The position numbers were made by a program, and so were the translations under genes. The notes under the pieces are model-generated. The model searched no databases, was not told the DNA's origin, and worked only from the letters and a program-made list of their open reading frames with translations. A stretch of DNA of 64,000 nucleotides from a virus, in the IMG/VR virus record IMGVR_UViG_3300014839_000005, positions 64,501 through 128,500 of that record, one strand, 5' to 3'. Below are positions 18,548 through 28,881 of this stretch, one piece after another; position 1 is the stretch's first letter; the number at the start of each line of letters is the position of its first letter.

Positions 18548-19249
18548 ATGTTAAATATTTTAACATTGCTAAATAAAACCGTTAGGGTCACAAGACAAGT
18601 GAATCTTAGTGGTTTTACAATTGAACCTGGAATGTGGGTTCAAGTTGACAATGACGGCGTTGTCTCCAATATTACGACTGGAACCGCTCCTGCAACTGCA
18701 AAATTATGTATTACTCCAGTTACTGGAAATACATATGAAAGTCATGATGTCAAAGTCGGTCATATTACGACGATGGAAACAATTGGTTGCAGATATGAAG
18801 TGAGTAATGTTGGTTTTACTGGCGGATATTTAAGCAAAGGTGCTTATCTTACAGTTGATACTACTGCTGGGAATAAAGGAAAATTGAGATATGCTCTTGG
18901 TGGAGAACGTGTAGTTGCTGTTGTGGAAAAATATGATTCTGGTGCTGGACTTTTAACTTGTATGATTGTTTCCCCTATTCTTAAGGGAGCGCAATCAAGT
19001 CCGTCAGCATCTGAAAGTCCATCAGCTTCTACCAGTCCTAGTAGTTCAACAAGCGCCTCTGTAAGTCCGTCAGCATCTACTAGCCCTAGCAGTTCAGCTA
19101 GTGCGTCTGTCAGTCCGTCGGCGTCTACAAGTCCAAGTAGTTCAACTAGTGCTTCTGTCAGTCCGTCGGCGTCTAAAAGTCCTAGCAGTTCAGCAAGTAG
19201 GTCTATAAGTCCGTCGGGTTCTGTAAGTCCTAGTGCAAGTGCATCGTAA
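18548..19249 (+). CDS. Capsid decoration-like protein, paralog 3, with an 83-aa Ser/Pro/Ala repeat tail
   Basis: Paralogous core plus an alternating-Ser tail. Confidence 0.6.
   Translation: MLNILTLLNKTVRVTRQVNLSGFTIEPGMWVQVDNDGVVSNITTGTAPATAKLCITPVTGNTYESHDVKVGHITTMETIGCRYEVSNVGFTGGYLSKGAYLTVDTTAGNKGKLRYALGGERVVAVVEKYDSGAGLLTCMIVSPILKGAQSSPSASESPSASTSPSSSTSASVSPSASTSPSSSASASVSPSASTSPSSSTSASVSPSASKSPSSSASRSISPSGSVSPSASAS
18998..19246 (+). repeat. Coding serine-rich repeat, 16-aa unit SPSASTSPSSS[T/A]SASV about x3 plus partial units
   Basis: Directly visible in translation; Ser at essentially every second residue. Confidence 0.9.
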
Positions 19250-19330
19250 GGTTTATGGGGTTGAGCCTTAATCAACCCCAAGTATTATAACTGTTACTAA
19301 ACTTATTCAAATTATTCAAGGAGTCTTATT

Positions 19331-20350
19331 ATGATTAACGACATCAGTGTAACCCAGTTTAACGAGTCCTTCCTTGAAAAGGTTGCGACAGTTGCTGGTC
19401 AAGCTGAACTCCAAGAGTCTGGTCGTCAGTATGTGAAGACAGAACTCATGGAAGCAGCGTTTTCAAGGGCTATTATTCCACAGGAGCCGATCACAACGGC
19501 AGATTGTCAGCGTAACGTCAAAGACAATTCTCTGTATATCATCAGGGATATCGAACCTACAGCATATGCTGTTGGTGTAGATAATCTTGGTGAGCCGGAC
19601 GGCCAGTATGTAAAGGGCGAAAGGTATATCATACCTATCGTCAATTTCGTGACAAAGCGTTTCCAGATTACGGTTGAAGACCTCAGGGCTTATCAGTATA
19701 AGATCACGAAGAGGATCGAAGATAAGTCAGTTCCTGTTCTTGAGAAGTTGGAAGATAAGTTCTTCCTCCGCCTTATGGGTGCTGCTCTCAGCATTTCCAA
19801 AAAAGGCGTAAAGTATACTGGTTCGCCAACAGTTGATCTTTATATTGCGCACGGCGATATGGTCAAACTGAAGAATACATTGGCTTCTGGTATCAATGCC
19901 AATGATCCAAAGCGCAAAGAGGTTGCCTGTGTTCTGATGTGTCAGGAAGTATGGGAAACTGTTGTTGTTCTGCCAAACGTCGGTGATGACTTTGGTAAGG
20001 ACCGTGTGCTGAATGGCATCACGTCGGATACTCTCCATGGAACGAAAGTGGTTCGCACGATCAAGAGTGATATCCTTCCTATGGGTCATCTCTGGGCGTT
20101 TACGAATCCTGATTTCCTTGGTCACAACTTCGCATTAGGCGATCCTTCTTTTGAGATCAAGTCGACTTTCGGTCTCATTGAATGGCAGACAAAGGAATCT
20201 ATTGGTATGGGTATCGGTAATGCGATGTCTTCGACGCTTCTGACTCTTAAGGGCTCGAAGGCTCCTGGAACATCGACGAATCTTGAGATTTCTGCAGATG
20301 GTACAATTGATGCGGATATCTCGACATATTATGCTTCGTTGACGGTGTAA
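19331..20350 (+). CDS. Major capsid protein (HK97-like fold)
   Basis: 339 aa, downstream of protease/scaffold/decoration genes, AAGGAG RBS, C-ending-rich codons, followed by a strong terminator. Confidence 0.8.
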   Translation: MINDISVTQFNESFLEKVATVAGQAELQESGRQYVKTELMEAAFSRAIIPQEPITTADCQRNVKDNSLYIIRDIEPTAYAVGVDNLGEPDGQYVKGERYIIPIVNFVTKRFQITVEDLRAYQYKITKRIEDKSVPVLEKLEDKFFLRLMGAALSISKKGVKYTGSPTVDLYIAHGDMVKLKNTLASGINANDPKRKEVACVLMCQEVWETVVVLPNVGDDFGKDRVLNGITSDTLHGTKVVRTIKSDILPMGHLWAFTNPDFLGHNFALGDPSFEIKSTFGLIEWQTKESIGMGIGNAMSSTLLTLKGSKAPGTSTNLEISADGTIDADISTYYASLTV

Positions 20351-20375
20351 GTCTCCTTTGGTGGATGGTGATGGG

Positions 20376-20411
20376 AAAGGCCTGGCCTGACAAACGGGCT
20401 GGGCCTTTTTA
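20376..20411 (+). terminator. Intrinsic terminator after the capsid gene
   Basis: AAGGCCTGGCC/GGCTGGGCCTT stem followed by a T-run. Confidence 0.8.
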
Positions 20412-20428
20412 GCTTAAAGGTAAAATGA

Positions 20429-20728
20429 ATGTTATATAAAAATATTTCAGATACTCCAGTTTGGATACTGTGCAATAGCATGAAGACCTTGGTATGTCCT
20501 GGGGAAGTTATTAATTTAAGTATTCCTGATATTAATCATTCAGGATCAACAATGAGATTTTTTGAATCTCTTGCTAAACATCAGGTTGTAAAAACAAATG
20601 GATGGGATATGGCGGAGAAATTAAAAAAAGATCCCATTGCTCAAAAAATCAATGATGAAAATATGCCTGAATTAACGATAGAAAAAAATTTACTTTCTGA
20701 TAAAGCTTCAATAAATGAGGGTAAATAA
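20429..20728 (+). CDS. Hypothetical head/neck-region protein
   Basis: 99-aa ORF directly after the capsid gene. Confidence 0.55.
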   Translation: MLYKNISDTPVWILCNSMKTLVCPGEVINLSIPDINHSGSTMRFFESLAKHQVVKTNGWDMAEKLKKDPIAQKINDENMPELTIEKNLLSDKASINEGK

Positions 20729-20730
20729 TT

Positions 20731-21216
20731 ATGGCTATATTAACTGAAGCTGATTATATTTCTGCTTTAAGAGATTTTATTAAAGATTATGCTGAACTAA
20801 ATAGACTATTAAAATTTCGTGAAGAAAATAAAGGAAATTTAATAAGTCTATATTTAAATATGGCTTTGGGGTTTTTAAATTCAATTCCTCCATTAATTGC
20901 ATCTTTTGATTTTTCAACATTTCCAATACCGAGTTTATTACTTCATCAAAGTGCAATAGAGGCCTTAATATCAAATGGAATATGCCAGGCGAGAAATGAC
21001 CTTACTTATAACAATGGCGGTATTACAGTTAAAATAAGTGATAAAGAACGTTATTTACAGTTTATACAATTATTAACTAGAATAGCTGACAGCGAAATTA
21101 ATAATTTTAAACAAATGAAAGTTAGCATTAATATTGATAATGCTTGGGGTGGAGTTTCAAGTCCTTACAACACAATACATGGTAATTTGCCTATTAAGCC
21201 GAATAGCATCTTATAG
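20731..21216 (+). CDS. Putative head-tail adaptor (neck) protein
   Basis: About 160-aa helical protein two genes after the capsid gene; positional inference. Confidence 0.55.
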   Translation: MAILTEADYISALRDFIKDYAELNRLLKFREENKGNLISLYLNMALGFLNSIPPLIASFDFSTFPIPSLLLHQSAIEALISNGICQARNDLTYNNGGITVKISDKERYLQFIQLLTRIADSEINNFKQMKVSINIDNAWGGVSSPYNTIHGNLPIKPNSIL

Positions 21217-21246
21217 TTCAATGACTTACAAAAGGAGTTATGTTTT

Positions 21247-21990
21247 ATGAAAAAAGATGAATTACTTAAAATGGCTAAAGAGAACAAGGAAGTTGCTGAC
21301 GCTATCATTTTTCTCACAAAATCAGCTCAAGCTGCAACAAATTTTGATGAATCAGTTCCAGCGGTTGGTGGTGCTGCTGAGCAACAGGGCACTGGCGCTG
21401 CCCCAATAGGACAGGCAGCCCCAGTACAGGCTCCTGCCGGCGCTGCAGCCGTCCCAGCTGACCAACAGGCACTTCAAATGGCTGGTGGTGGACAACCGGC
21501 TGTCGACCCCGCTGCAGAAGGTGCTAAGGCCGCTCAGGCTTTCCTAGCCCCTGCATTTCAGGCAGCTGCTCAAGGTGACGCTAACGCACAGCAAACTATT
21601 GCTTTGGCGGCTGGACAGATTGCCAGGGGTGTTGCGGAGGCTGCTAATGAAGCTTCTGGTGGAGGTGGAGGTCAAATACCGCCTGAAGCAGCTGCGGGTG
21701 CTCCAGGCGCTCCAGCAGCCCCAGCAGTACCAGCAACACCTGAATCTCAGGTTGCTGATCAAATAGTAGCTTCTCCTGTTCAGGCTAAAGCAAATGCTAC
21801 TCCAGAAGGTGAGCAGGGCGCAGAAGAGCAAAAAGCTGAAGGAGAAGGTGATGGAGCTGCTGAAGCAAAAGATAAAGATAAAAAAGAAAAAGACAAAAAG
21901 AAACCACCATTTGAAAAGAAATCAGAATTAATGTTCAGCGCTGACACTGTTCGTGGATTAATTCAACTGTCAAAGGCTGGAATTATTTAA
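21247..21990 (+). CDS. Ala/Gly/Pro/Gln-rich low-complexity protein
   Basis: AAGGAG RBS, disordered central region, acidic/basic C-terminus. Confidence 0.7.
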   Translation: MKKDELLKMAKENKEVADAIIFLTKSAQAATNFDESVPAVGGAAEQQGTGAAPIGQAAPVQAPAGAAAVPADQQALQMAGGGQPAVDPAAEGAKAAQAFLAPAFQAAAQGDANAQQTIALAAGQIARGVAEAANEASGGGGGQIPPEAAAGAPGAPAAPAVPATPESQVADQIVASPVQAKANATPEGEQGAEEQKAEGEGDGAAEAKDKDKKEKDKKKPPFEKKSELMFSADTVRGLIQLSKAGII

Positions 21991-22015
21991 TTCTGTTCTT
22001 TATTTTGTCTTAAAC

Positions 22016-22043
22016 AAAGGGCGGAAACAACCGCCCTTTTTTA
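22016..22043 (+). terminator. Intrinsic terminator
   Basis: AAAGGGCGG-AAACAA-CCGCCCTTT plus T-run. Confidence 0.85.
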
Positions 22044-22052
22044 ATATAATGG

Positions 22053-22703
22053 TTGGGTAATTATGTAAATTTAGCTATATTTTATATGATGGAGATAAAT
22101 TTTATAATTACGTGTTTTAATAAAGAGCAATATTGGCCTTATCTGCGTACTATATTAAATTCATATATAAAGATCCAACCTCATATCGCATATTGTTACA
22201 ATGGAAAAAATGAAAAAGAAATATGTGATTTTAAATGTGAAAATAGAGGACAATCTCCAGGCGATGCTGACTTAATTATTGGAGGATATAGATTATTAAA
22301 GAATAATGGTATTAAAAAATGGATAAAATTAAGTGTTGATAGTTGGTTATTAAATGAAGATATAATATTAGATATATTTAATAATATGGAAAAAAAAAAT
22401 ATGTGGTATGGTGGGGCTACATGGGTTCATTCTAACCATATGGCAACAGATATAATTTTTGCAACTACTGAATTATTAGAAGAATTTTGCAATTCAATGA
22501 AAGAATTTAATAAGAATATCAACATGCCACTTGAACAACACATGTATAAAATAGTAACAAAAAGAAAATATTATTTAATTCCAGGAAGGCATCCCGTTCC
22601 CTATGGATCAGAAGGAACACGACATATTGCTAACTCTCTTGGATGGACAATGCAGCATAAATTAGAAGATAATATCGCCTTTATGAATAACTATCATCAA
22701 TGA
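22053..22703 (+). CDS. Putative GT-A-like glycan-modifying protein (start may be ATG 22086)
   Basis: First gene of the glycosylation cluster; KLSVDSWL resembles a DxD-region strand. Confidence 0.45.
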   Translation: MGNYVNLAIFYMMEINFIITCFNKEQYWPYLRTILNSYIKIQPHIAYCYNGKNEKEICDFKCENRGQSPGDADLIIGGYRLLKNNGIKKWIKLSVDSWLLNEDIILDIFNNMEKKNMWYGGATWVHSNHMATDIIFATTELLEEFCNSMKEFNKNINMPLEQHMYKIVTKRKYYLIPGRHPVPYGSEGTRHIANSLGWTMQHKLEDNIAFMNNYHQ

Positions 22704-22725
22704 CCTTAACATTAAGGATACTTTC

Positions 22726-24303
22726 ATGAGACTTACTATTGGAATGCCGGCTTATAAAAATTTTACTGAAGTCTGGTTCACAGTTCAGTCTTTACGACTT
22801 TATCAAGATTTAACAGATTGTGAGATTTTAATCGTTGATAATTTTGGCGATAAAGATTTAGAAAACTTTGCAAAAAATGATGGAAATGGAATAGTACGTT
22901 ATGAGAAATTTACTAATATCGTAGGTACAAGTGAGGTAAGAAATAAAGTATTTGATTTTGCAAAAGGTGAAATGGTGTTATGTATGGATTCTCATGTCAT
23001 GCTTAAGCCTGGTGCATTAAAAAATATTCCAGTAACAGATAATTTAATTCATGGTCCCTTATTATATGATAACACCAAAGGTTATACCTGCGAATGGAAA
23101 CCAATATGGCGTGATCATATGTGGGGAATATGGGGTGATTATCTCAATAAACTTCCCGAACAGCCATTTGAAATATGGGGGGCTGGTCTTGGAATATTCT
23201 TAGCAAAGAAAAATTCATGGCTTCGTTTTAATGAAAATTTCAGAGGTTTCGGTGGTGAAGAAGGTTACATTCATGAGAAATATCGAAAAGCCGGCAGAAA
23301 GGTAATGTGCTATCCCAATCTTGTCTGGATGCATTTATTTAAAAAACCAATACCTTATCCATTAAATATGATTGATAGGGTTAGAAATTATATCATAGGC
23401 TTCGAAGAACTTGGTCTTGATACTAAACCAATACAAACTCAATTTGATGCTAAAATGGTAGCAGATGCATATCAATTAATTAAGAGTTCAAAGGTTGTAG
23501 TAGAAAAACCTCTCAGTAATAAAATATCCTGCGTAATGACTACCTATCGAAGATTTACCTGTGTAGAACGTTCAATTGCTATGTTCTTAAATCAGGATTA
23601 TAAGGGTGAATCAGAACTTATTATTTATAATACTGATATTGAACATGCTTTAATTTTGGGAGATAATTTAAAAAATAAGAATATAAAAATATTCAATTGC
23701 GCTATTGATTCCGTAACTCATCAACCATATACAAATATCGGCGCTATTCGAAGAGATGCTGTGGCAAAGGCAACTGGTGGATATTATATATGCTGGGATG
23801 ATGACGATATCTTTCTTCCATGGAATAATAGACAGGGAATGGATGGTATACAAAGGTATAAAACAAAAGCTTTTAAACCAGAACGTTCATTTTTTGCTAG
23901 AAAAACAGGAGTTGAACTTGCTAAAAATACAATGGAAGCCAGTGTTATTGTTTCATTGAAAGAAGTAAATTTTGCAATGAAGACTGGCTCAGAACACTTG
24001 CTATGGTATACAAGATTAAGAGATATGGGACAATTAAAAGAAAATTCTACTGATTCAGTACCAGGATATTCTTTTAATTGGAGCGATCCTCCACAAGTAG
24101 CTGGACATAAACAAAGTGGACAAATTGATAATCCTAATAATTTTGAGAATCATAAATTACAATCTACAGATTTCGCAAAACGACCATTAGAACTTATAAA
24201 TCTAAACGGTATCTATCAACCATATTATGATTATTTTAAAACACATAAAGATCAATTCAATCCCGAATATTATAATAAGTATGTAGTTCCATATCTTAAA
24301 TAA
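22726..24303 (+). CDS. Two-domain glycosyltransferase (ppGalNAc-T/GT27-like plus GT2)
   Basis: LTIGMPAY, IVDN, CMDSH, GFGGEEG in domain 1; SCVMTTY, IRRDAV, WDDDD in domain 2. Confidence 0.85.
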   Translation: MRLTIGMPAYKNFTEVWFTVQSLRLYQDLTDCEILIVDNFGDKDLENFAKNDGNGIVRYEKFTNIVGTSEVRNKVFDFAKGEMVLCMDSHVMLKPGALKNIPVTDNLIHGPLLYDNTKGYTCEWKPIWRDHMWGIWGDYLNKLPEQPFEIWGAGLGIFLAKKNSWLRFNENFRGFGGEEGYIHEKYRKAGRKVMCYPNLVWMHLFKKPIPYPLNMIDRVRNYIIGFEELGLDTKPIQTQFDAKMVADAYQLIKSSKVVVEKPLSNKISCVMTTYRRFTCVERSIAMFLNQDYKGESELIIYNTDIEHALILGDNLKNKNIKIFNCAIDSVTHQPYTNIGAIRRDAVAKATGGYYICWDDDDIFLPWNNRQGMDGIQRYKTKAFKPERSFFARKTGVELAKNTMEASVIVSLKEVNFAMKTGSEHLLWYTRLRDMGQLKENSTDSVPGYSFNWSDPPQVAGHKQSGQIDNPNNFENHKLQSTDFAKRPLELINLNGIYQPYYDYFKTHKDQFNPEYYNKYVVPYLK

Positions 24304-24315
24304 TGGAGGTAGTTA

Positions 24316-24888
24316 ATGGGCGATTTGACTAATAATATAAGTTATAAAGAATTAAGACCATTCGGAACTCCTGATACATGGAAACCCGCCTTTCCATTAC
24401 AAGAATTAATGATTAGAAATCTTGCTAAAAATATTCAAATTGTAATAGATAGAGTTGGTGGTCACGTTACTTTTTCAAGTGGAGTAAGAGAAGCGTCTGA
24501 TTATAATAGATTGGTTAAAGAAGGATATAATCCTTCTCCTAAATCAGATCATTTTTGTGGAAATATTGTTCCAGTTGACCCAATTCAACAGCCAGATAAC
24601 TATAAACAATTTGGCCCCTTTTATATGTTTGCTGTTGGGGCTGCTGATACAATCCCAACAATAATTATTAATGATTTTTTTAATGCTGCTGTTAATCTTA
24701 ATAAGATTGGAATAACTAATTTTGGGCAGGTAATACATGAGAAAGACCCTATAAAAAAAACAGAATGGGTTCATCTTTCAAATAATAAAAGTACATTTTT
24801 TTCTAAAGATATATGCAATATTGATCCTAAATCGCCATACTTATATACTATAGATGGCGGAAAAAGTTATAATGTATATAATGGATAA
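24316..24888 (+). CDS. Peptidase M15-like protein (possible endolysin)
   Basis: SSGVR, SDH, AAD and WVHLS zinc-ligand pattern. Confidence 0.7.
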   Translation: MGDLTNNISYKELRPFGTPDTWKPAFPLQELMIRNLAKNIQIVIDRVGGHVTFSSGVREASDYNRLVKEGYNPSPKSDHFCGNIVPVDPIQQPDNYKQFGPFYMFAVGAADTIPTIIINDFFNAAVNLNKIGITNFGQVIHEKDPIKKTEWVHLSNNKSTFFSKDICNIDPKSPYLYTIDGGKSYNVYNG

Positions 24889-24901
24889 CTAAAGGAATTT
24901 T

Positions 24902-26662
24902 ATGACTGTAAGCATTAGTTCAATACTTGTTAATGGTCAAATGGCGGCTACAGTATTAGTTGGAGAACAAGCAACTATTACTGTCGTAGTTCATAGTAAT
25001 ATAGGTGGAATGCGATATGATTGGTGGAAAGAAAATGAACTAGATGAAAACAGCCCATCTTATTTAGGCGAAGGAGATCATAATGGCAATTACATTATTC
25101 CTTCGTGTACATTAGAAAATAATGGAGAATATTGGTGTGAAATTTCAGATACAGATGGGCCAGATGTGTCGAGCAATGTTACACTTCATGTTTTAAGTAC
25201 TACGACAACAACCAGCACAACGCCGGTTCCTACTACAACTGGACCTACTACCACAACCACGCCGGCACCAACTACGACTACTACGATAGCGCCGTCAACC
25301 AGCACGACTCCAGAACCGACAACCACTACTACACCAGCGCCGACTACGACCACAACTACTACTCGCGCTCCCACTGATTATTTAACAGCATATATAGAAA
25401 TTAATGGGCTTCAATCTATACAGCTCCCATATCAAGCAACTGCTACAATAATAGTTTATACTACTGGTGTGGTTGGTACATTAACTTATGATTTTTATAA
25501 ATTAACTGATGATTATGATGACCCTATTCAATCAGGCCCAAATAATACATACGTTATAAATTCATGTGGAGAAAATGATGTTGGAGATTATTATTGCATT
25601 GTAACAGATGATATGAATTCTACTGATAGAACTGATTGGAAATCTGTATTAGCAGGTTATGTTTATTTATTGGTTTATGGATATCCTACAACTACTACGA
25701 CAACCACAACGACCTCAACAACTACAACTACTTCTACAAGTACAACAGCGGCTCCTCAACCAGCAGAAGCTACTACGACAAGATATCCGCCTGTTACAAC
25801 GACAACACTTCCGCCAAGTACATTAACTAGTAAGATTTGTTTTTCTGAATTAGAGGTAATTAAAACTATAGAGAATTCTCATTATCTTGAATGGAATATA
25901 ATTCCTGATCCAACAATTCCAACTGAAGTAGTTGATGATTACAATTTCAGAATATGGTATAGTAGAAATCCAGAATTTGGATTTGTTGATTTAGGTGTTT
26001 TAATCGATGGAGCCATAGGCCCATTATCGTATACACATACAGAAATTCAATATGATTTCAGTCAAGACCATTATTATAAAATTGAATTAATTGCTAAAGC
26101 CGATTCTAATGCTTATAAATTTTCTGAAATGCAATTTATAGGAGAAAATTTTAATGGATTACATGATACAATGCGATATGCCGAATCATTATTATATGAA
26201 TATTATGATGGGGAGCCATCATATATAGTAAAAAAGAAAGTTACAGGAGCACACTGTCCAGAATGTTGGAGTACTTTTAGACAGCAAAGAATTAAGACAG
26301 TTTGCAATACTTGTCATGGTAGTGGTTTTGCTGATGGATATTATAGCGCCATTCTTGTACAAATGGCTTATGATGCTGATCCTAAACAATCAAAACTTGA
26401 AGAAACATCTGAAGATTTAACAGTAACTCTTCAAGCAAGAATATCAAATTATCCATTAATAAGAAATAAAGATATAATTATAAATAAAGATACAAGAAAA
26501 CGTTATATAGTTTTAAAAGTAAACGTAACAAAACTACCTAAATTAAGCGAAAATCATCATATATATTCTAAACAAAATTATGTTATAAGTCAAATATTAT
26601 GGCTTAAAGAATTAAATTCTTCTGATATTCAGTATAATATTAATGTGCCAGGTTTAGAATGA
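24902..26662 (+). CDS. Neck/head-closure-like protein with two Ig-like domains and Thr-rich stalks
   Basis: YxWxK...YWC/YYC Ig pattern twice, poly-Thr/Pro linkers, C-terminal CPEC...CNTCHGSG zinc finger. Confidence 0.65.
   Translation: MTVSISSILVNGQMAATVLVGEQATITVVVHSNIGGMRYDWWKENELDENSPSYLGEGDHNGNYIIPSCTLENNGEYWCEISDTDGPDVSSNVTLHVLSTTTTTSTTPVPTTTGPTTTTTPAPTTTTTIAPSTSTTPEPTTTTTPAPTTTTTTTRAPTDYLTAYIEINGLQSIQLPYQATATIIVYTTGVVGTLTYDFYKLTDDYDDPIQSGPNNTYVINSCGENDVGDYYCIVTDDMNSTDRTDWKSVLAGYVYLLVYGYPTTTTTTTTTSTTTTTSTSTTAAPQPAEATTTRYPPVTTTTLPPSTLTSKICFSELEVIKTIENSHYLEWNIIPDPTIPTEVVDDYNFRIWYSRNPEFGFVDLGVLIDGAIGPLSYTHTEIQYDFSQDHYYKIELIAKADSNAYKFSEMQFIGENFNGLHDTMRYAESLLYEYYDGEPSYIVKKKVTGAHCPECWSTFRQQRIKTVCNTCHGSGFADGYYSAILVQMAYDADPKQSKLEETSEDLTVTLQARISNYPLIRNKDIIINKDTRKRYIVLKVNVTKLPKLSENHHIYSKQNYVISQILWLKELNSSDIQYNINVPGLE
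25196..25375 (+). repeat. Coding mucin-like Thr/Pro repeat (PTTTTTPAP-like units)
   Basis: Direct translation; a second stretch lies at 25685-25822. Confidence 0.9.
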
Positions 26663-27273
26663 AAACTTTTATTTACGCATTAATAGATCCTAAAAAACAA
26701 CAAGAATTTCATATTTATATTGGTAAAAGTAATAATCCATATTTAAGATATTATCAACATTTAAAAGATAAAAATCATACATATAAAACTTGTTGGATTA
26801 AATCATTATTAATAAACAAATTAGTTCCTGATATTCAAATATTAGAACAGTGTAATGTAAAAGATTGGGAAAATAAAGAAAAATCTTGGATTACTTTTTA
26901 TAAAAATTGTGGATATATAGTTGTTAATTCTACCGATGGTGGAGAAAGTGGCCCCTTTACTGAAGAACATCGAAAAAAAATTAGTGATAGTAAAAAAGGA
27001 CAATTACCATGGATTTCTGGAAAACATCATTCAAAAAAATCAAAAATTAAAATGAGTTTATCACACAAAAATCAAACTCCTTATTGGAGGGGTAAACATC
27101 TTAGTGAAGTAACAAAAAAGAAATTAAGAGATTTTAATAATGGAAAACATCTCTCTAAAAAAACTAAAAATAAAATTAGAAAAGCTAGATTAGGAAAACA
27201 TCATAATATAAAATCTATTCAAAAAATGAAAAAAATTAAATTACAATATTGGAAAAATCGTAAATCTAATTAG
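26659..27273 (+). CDS. GIY-YIG homing endonuclease with NUMOD3 repeats
   Basis: FIYAL...IYIGKS...R; C-terminal GKHHS/GKHLS repeats. Confidence 0.85.
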   Translation: MKTFIYALIDPKKQQEFHIYIGKSNNPYLRYYQHLKDKNHTYKTCWIKSLLINKLVPDIQILEQCNVKDWENKEKSWITFYKNCGYIVVNSTDGGESGPFTEEHRKKISDSKKGQLPWISGKHHSKKSKIKMSLSHKNQTPYWRGKHLSEVTKKKLRDFNNGKHLSKKTKNKIRKARLGKHHNIKSIQKMKKIKLQYWKNRKSN

Positions 27274-27284
27274 GAGTTAATAGT

Positions 27285-28148
27285 ATGGTACAGACCAGTG
27301 TTATTATTCCTTCAAGGAATGAAATTTTCTTACAAAAAACTATTGATGATATCTTTGAAAAAGCCACAAAAGATATTGAAGTAATAGCAGTCCTTGATGG
27401 TTATTGGCCGAATCCCCCATTAAAAGATGTTAAGAATTTAACTCTTATCCATGTTACAGACGCACAAGGAATGAGGCCGGCAATTAATTCTGCTGCTAGA
27501 ATTGCCAATGGAAAATACTTAATGAAACTTGATGCTCATTGTATGCTTGATAAGGGCTTTGATGAGAAGATGGCCTCCAATTGCGATGTGGATTGGGTTT
27601 CAATACCTCGTAGATACAGTTTGGACGGCGAGGCATGGAAGATAGCTGAAACTGGAAGGCCACCCGTTGATGCTCATTATTTAACATATCCTTATTTAAA
27701 ACCAGAAGAAATCGGTATGCATGGAGATGTATGGAAAGAACGTGCCGCTAAAAATATTGATACTCCGATACTTGATGAGATGTCGTCTCAAGGCTCTTGC
27801 TGGTTTATGCATAAAGAATATTTCTGGAAATTCGGAGGAATGACTTGCGAAGGATATGGAAATTTTGTACAGGAAGCTCAGGAAATATGTAATAGAACAT
27901 GGCTTTCTGGAGGTAGAGTTATATGCAATAAAAACACATGGTATGCCCATCTTCATAAAGGTAAAAAGTATGGCAGAGGATATTATATCTCGAAACAAAA
28001 AATGGTTGATGGTGCAATTTTTTCAGCTGATTATTGGATGAATAATAAATGGCCAGGAAGAACTAAAGATATAGAATGGTTAATTGATAAATTCTGGCCT
28101 GTTCCAACGTGGCCTGAGAATTGGAAGGAGCTGCGTAAGCCAAAATGA
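27285..28148 (+). CDS. Glycosyltransferase, ppGalNAc-T/GT27-like
   Basis: SVIIPSRNE, VLDG, MKLDAHC, EICNRTWLSGG. Confidence 0.85.
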   Translation: MVQTSVIIPSRNEIFLQKTIDDIFEKATKDIEVIAVLDGYWPNPPLKDVKNLTLIHVTDAQGMRPAINSAARIANGKYLMKLDAHCMLDKGFDEKMASNCDVDWVSIPRRYSLDGEAWKIAETGRPPVDAHYLTYPYLKPEEIGMHGDVWKERAAKNIDTPILDEMSSQGSCWFMHKEYFWKFGGMTCEGYGNFVQEAQEICNRTWLSGGRVICNKNTWYAHLHKGKKYGRGYYISKQKMVDGAIFSADYWMNNKWPGRTKDIEWLIDKFWPVPTWPENWKELRKPK

Positions 28149-28870
28149 TTAATGGAAGTAAAATTGGTATAGTAACTGGTGTTATGAATCGTCTAATTTA
28201 TCTTTCGCAATCTCTTCCAACATGGGTTAAATTAAAGGAAATCGATAAAATAGTAATAGTTGATTGGAATTCTGAAGAAGATATTATTCCATTAATAAAC
28301 AGTATAAATGACAGTAGAGTATATGTTGCACGAATTCCTAATCAACAATACTGGGATCCAGGAAGAGTATTTAATATAGGGACAAGATTTTCAGATACAG
28401 ATTTTGTTTTTATCACTGGTTGTGATATTAAAATAAACTATCCATGTTTTGATTCTATCAAACCGCTTCCAAGTAAAGAATTTTATATAAGATCAGATAA
28501 ATGGAAGGGGGCCCCTCATAAACTCAGGGGATTATATGGTACATGCATATTTCAAAAGAAAATGTGGATGGAAACTGGTGGATATATAGAAGAAAAAAAA
28601 TCATATGGATTAGAGGATTCAAATTTTTTTACAAGAGCCCAAGAATTTGGTTATACTCAAATTAAATGTTTAACAGCAAATCAAATAACACACATATCTC
28701 ATGGATATGATATAAGGCAAAAATATTATAAAGAAAAATATGATAATATTCAAGATGCAGTTCGTTTATCAGAACAACAACTGAATGAAATTGGAAAACA
28801 TAGAGGAATGAAAATAATGCATGGACTTGTTTATCATAATGGAGCGTGGAGTAACATTCAACCAATTTAA
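28145..28870 (+). CDS. Glycosyltransferase with a GT7-like C-terminal motif
   Basis: VIVDWNS; TGGYIEE..SYGLED. Confidence 0.75.
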   Translation: MINGSKIGIVTGVMNRLIYLSQSLPTWVKLKEIDKIVIVDWNSEEDIIPLINSINDSRVYVARIPNQQYWDPGRVFNIGTRFSDTDFVFITGCDIKINYPCFDSIKPLPSKEFYIRSDKWKGAPHKLRGLYGTCIFQKKMWMETGGYIEEKKSYGLEDSNFFTRAQEFGYTQIKCLTANQITHISHGYDIRQKYYKEKYDNIQDAVRLSEQQLNEIGKHRGMKIMHGLVYHNGAWSNIQPI

Positions 28871-28881
28871 GGGATGCTATC

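Noticed and set aside
18844-19281. Antisense ORFs over the Ser, Thr and Gly repeats (also 25186-25374, 35487-35906)
   Set aside because: Artefacts of low-complexity coding on the opposite strand.
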